DNA of 64,000 nucleotides from Cirrosporium novae-zelandiae (Eukaryota): NCBI GenBank assembly GCA_026023565.1, contig JAPETS010000018.1, positions 310,001 to 374,000 of the forward strand, read 5' to 3'. Shown piece by piece: positions 62,535 to 64,000 of this stretch (position 1 is its first letter; each line of letters starts with the position of its first letter). The notes under the pieces were generated by a model. It saw only the letters and a program-made list of their open reading frames with translations, ran no database searches and was not told where the DNA came from. The position numbers and the translations under genes were made by a program.

Positions 62535-63794
62535 CATTGGAGAATGATTGTTATTCGTTGAGGATTAGAGGGTTTTGGGTGGTATTTATTTGTTGGGTGT
62601 GGGCGGTAATGGGTAATTAGATTAATTAGATTAAGCGAGAAGGAATTACTTACGGCCGAGGGTAGGTGGGTAGGTGCAGTTCTCAAGGTCGCTTTCATTT
62701 TCCCTTAATTATAGAAAGGTATAGATAATGCACCCATCAAAGATGCGAAACCACCAAGCCAAGCACAAATGCAAGCAAAGCCTATCCGGAAAAACTGGCT
62801 TAACCCCCAGTTACTCCTCCCTTTTTACATCTCTTTCTCTCTCTATATCTAAATCATAAATAACTGCTTCCTTACTTGTTTGCTTGCTTGCTTACTTGCT
62901 TACTTACTTCAATCAATGGAAAGCTTTGTTAATTAATAAGAGAAGCCTCGGCTTTTTTTATCCTGATTTAGATAGGTACCTAGGTAGGTACTTGATGATA
63001 TATTGGAGGGGCAGGGGTAAGGCAGGAGGAGTAGGATAGTGAATTTTTAGTATGTGTACATGTACTATACAAGTCTTGATTCAATCTCATTCAATCTCAT
63101 TCAATTCAATTCAATTCAATTCACTCCAATCCATCCATCCATTATTAACTTCTCTCTTCCCCCTTCCCCTCCTCCCCTACTTAATACATCCACATATCCC
63201 CCCAAGAAAAAGCAAAACCCTCCACCTCCTCCTCCTCCTCCTCCTCCTCCTTCTCCTTCTCCCCACCATCAATATAAATAAAAAACCAAACCAAACCAAA
63301 CCTATATACCAATGTTGTGAATAGACCAGCCCGACCAGCCCGACCCCAGCGACAGCATTCAAGTAACATCCCTTATCACTCAAAAAAAAGTTAATTACTT
63401 AGTTACATGTTATGTTTTTTTCTCTCTCTACATCATGTCAGGTAGAAAAAATCATGCAACGCGTTAGGAATAGATTAGACCAAGATTATTGACTTGTCTC
63501 AAGTTTTATTTTTTTACTAATCTATAATAACTAAATGCGAAATTTTCATTGAACATTTTTTTTACTAATCTATATAATTCAATGATACAATTTCATGGGG
63601 TTACCTGATCAAAAAGCCTTCGTTCGCTAAGACCTTAAACTTATATAATGTGTGACATCGACTGATCAATTATATACCTCTATTTTATCATGTAACCGAT
63701 AATTCATAACTGGACCGAGCCTCTCCCTGATTTCTATAATTACACTTGCTCTGCGTTTTGCTGTCATGTGAAATGTCATTCTTCTTGCTCCTTT

Positions 63795-63962
63795 TCAAGG
63801 CCGCTCAGTTCCTTGGAGGAGAAAGCTAGTATTCTTATTCGATCGCGTTAAAGTAGTTCTTTCGACTGATAACCTCTTCTTCCCGTTGTTCTTTGATGCT
63901 GTCGCGGTTGTGACAAAGTCACCTGATTCTAATGACTCAGTAGCAACCACGACTGTGCCTTC
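63795..63962 (-). CDS. Possible terminal exon of a gene starting beyond the window
   Basis: GCTAAC branch site and TAG acceptor precede a 56-codon open frame ending in TGA. No homology recognised. Confidence 0.3.
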   Translation of the reverse strand, partial: EGTVVVATESLESGDFVTTATASKNNGKKRLSVERTTLTRSNKNTSFLLQGTERP

Positions 63963-64000
63963 CTAATTTGTTAGCTTATCGAACTCTTGTAAATTCAGTT

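Overview
Eukaryotic DNA from a filamentous ascomycete (Pezizomycotina-like), judged by short GT-AG introns with CTAAC/CTGAC branch points, microsatellite-rich intergenic DNA and RIP-like TpA-rich relics. I can support about 17 protein-coding genes. In order: UDP/dTDP-glucose 4,6-dehydratase; a repeat-rich secreted cell-wall protein; MDM34; a HeLo-like/kinase-like/serine-protease fusion; CCDC47/DUF1682; a 5-exon COX7 that the ORF track misses; a mitochondrial PPR-like protein; a stand-alone tandem GNAT; a GH7 cellobiohydrolase; a secreted protein with three hevein-like domains; a His-box membrane desaturase-like protein; an X-family DNA polymerase; a GH16 glucanase; a secreted FAD oxidoreductase; a NiCoT nickel transporter; a hypothetical protein; ECM14; and a Sec7-PH ARF-GEF. 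There are two tRNA genes (initiator Met; intron-containing Lys-UUU). Relics include a copia gag fragment in a RIP-like block, a 157-bp solo LTR with a 5-bp target-site duplication, and an unannotated, internally deleted glycyl-tRNA synthetase pseudogene. The best candidate for an under-described system is the HeLo-like + kinase-like + protease protein, a possible self-contained cell-death/immunity module. Next are the degenerate hevein-domain protein and the Ngs1-like free GNAT. All family calls come from motifs recognised by eye; no database searches were run.
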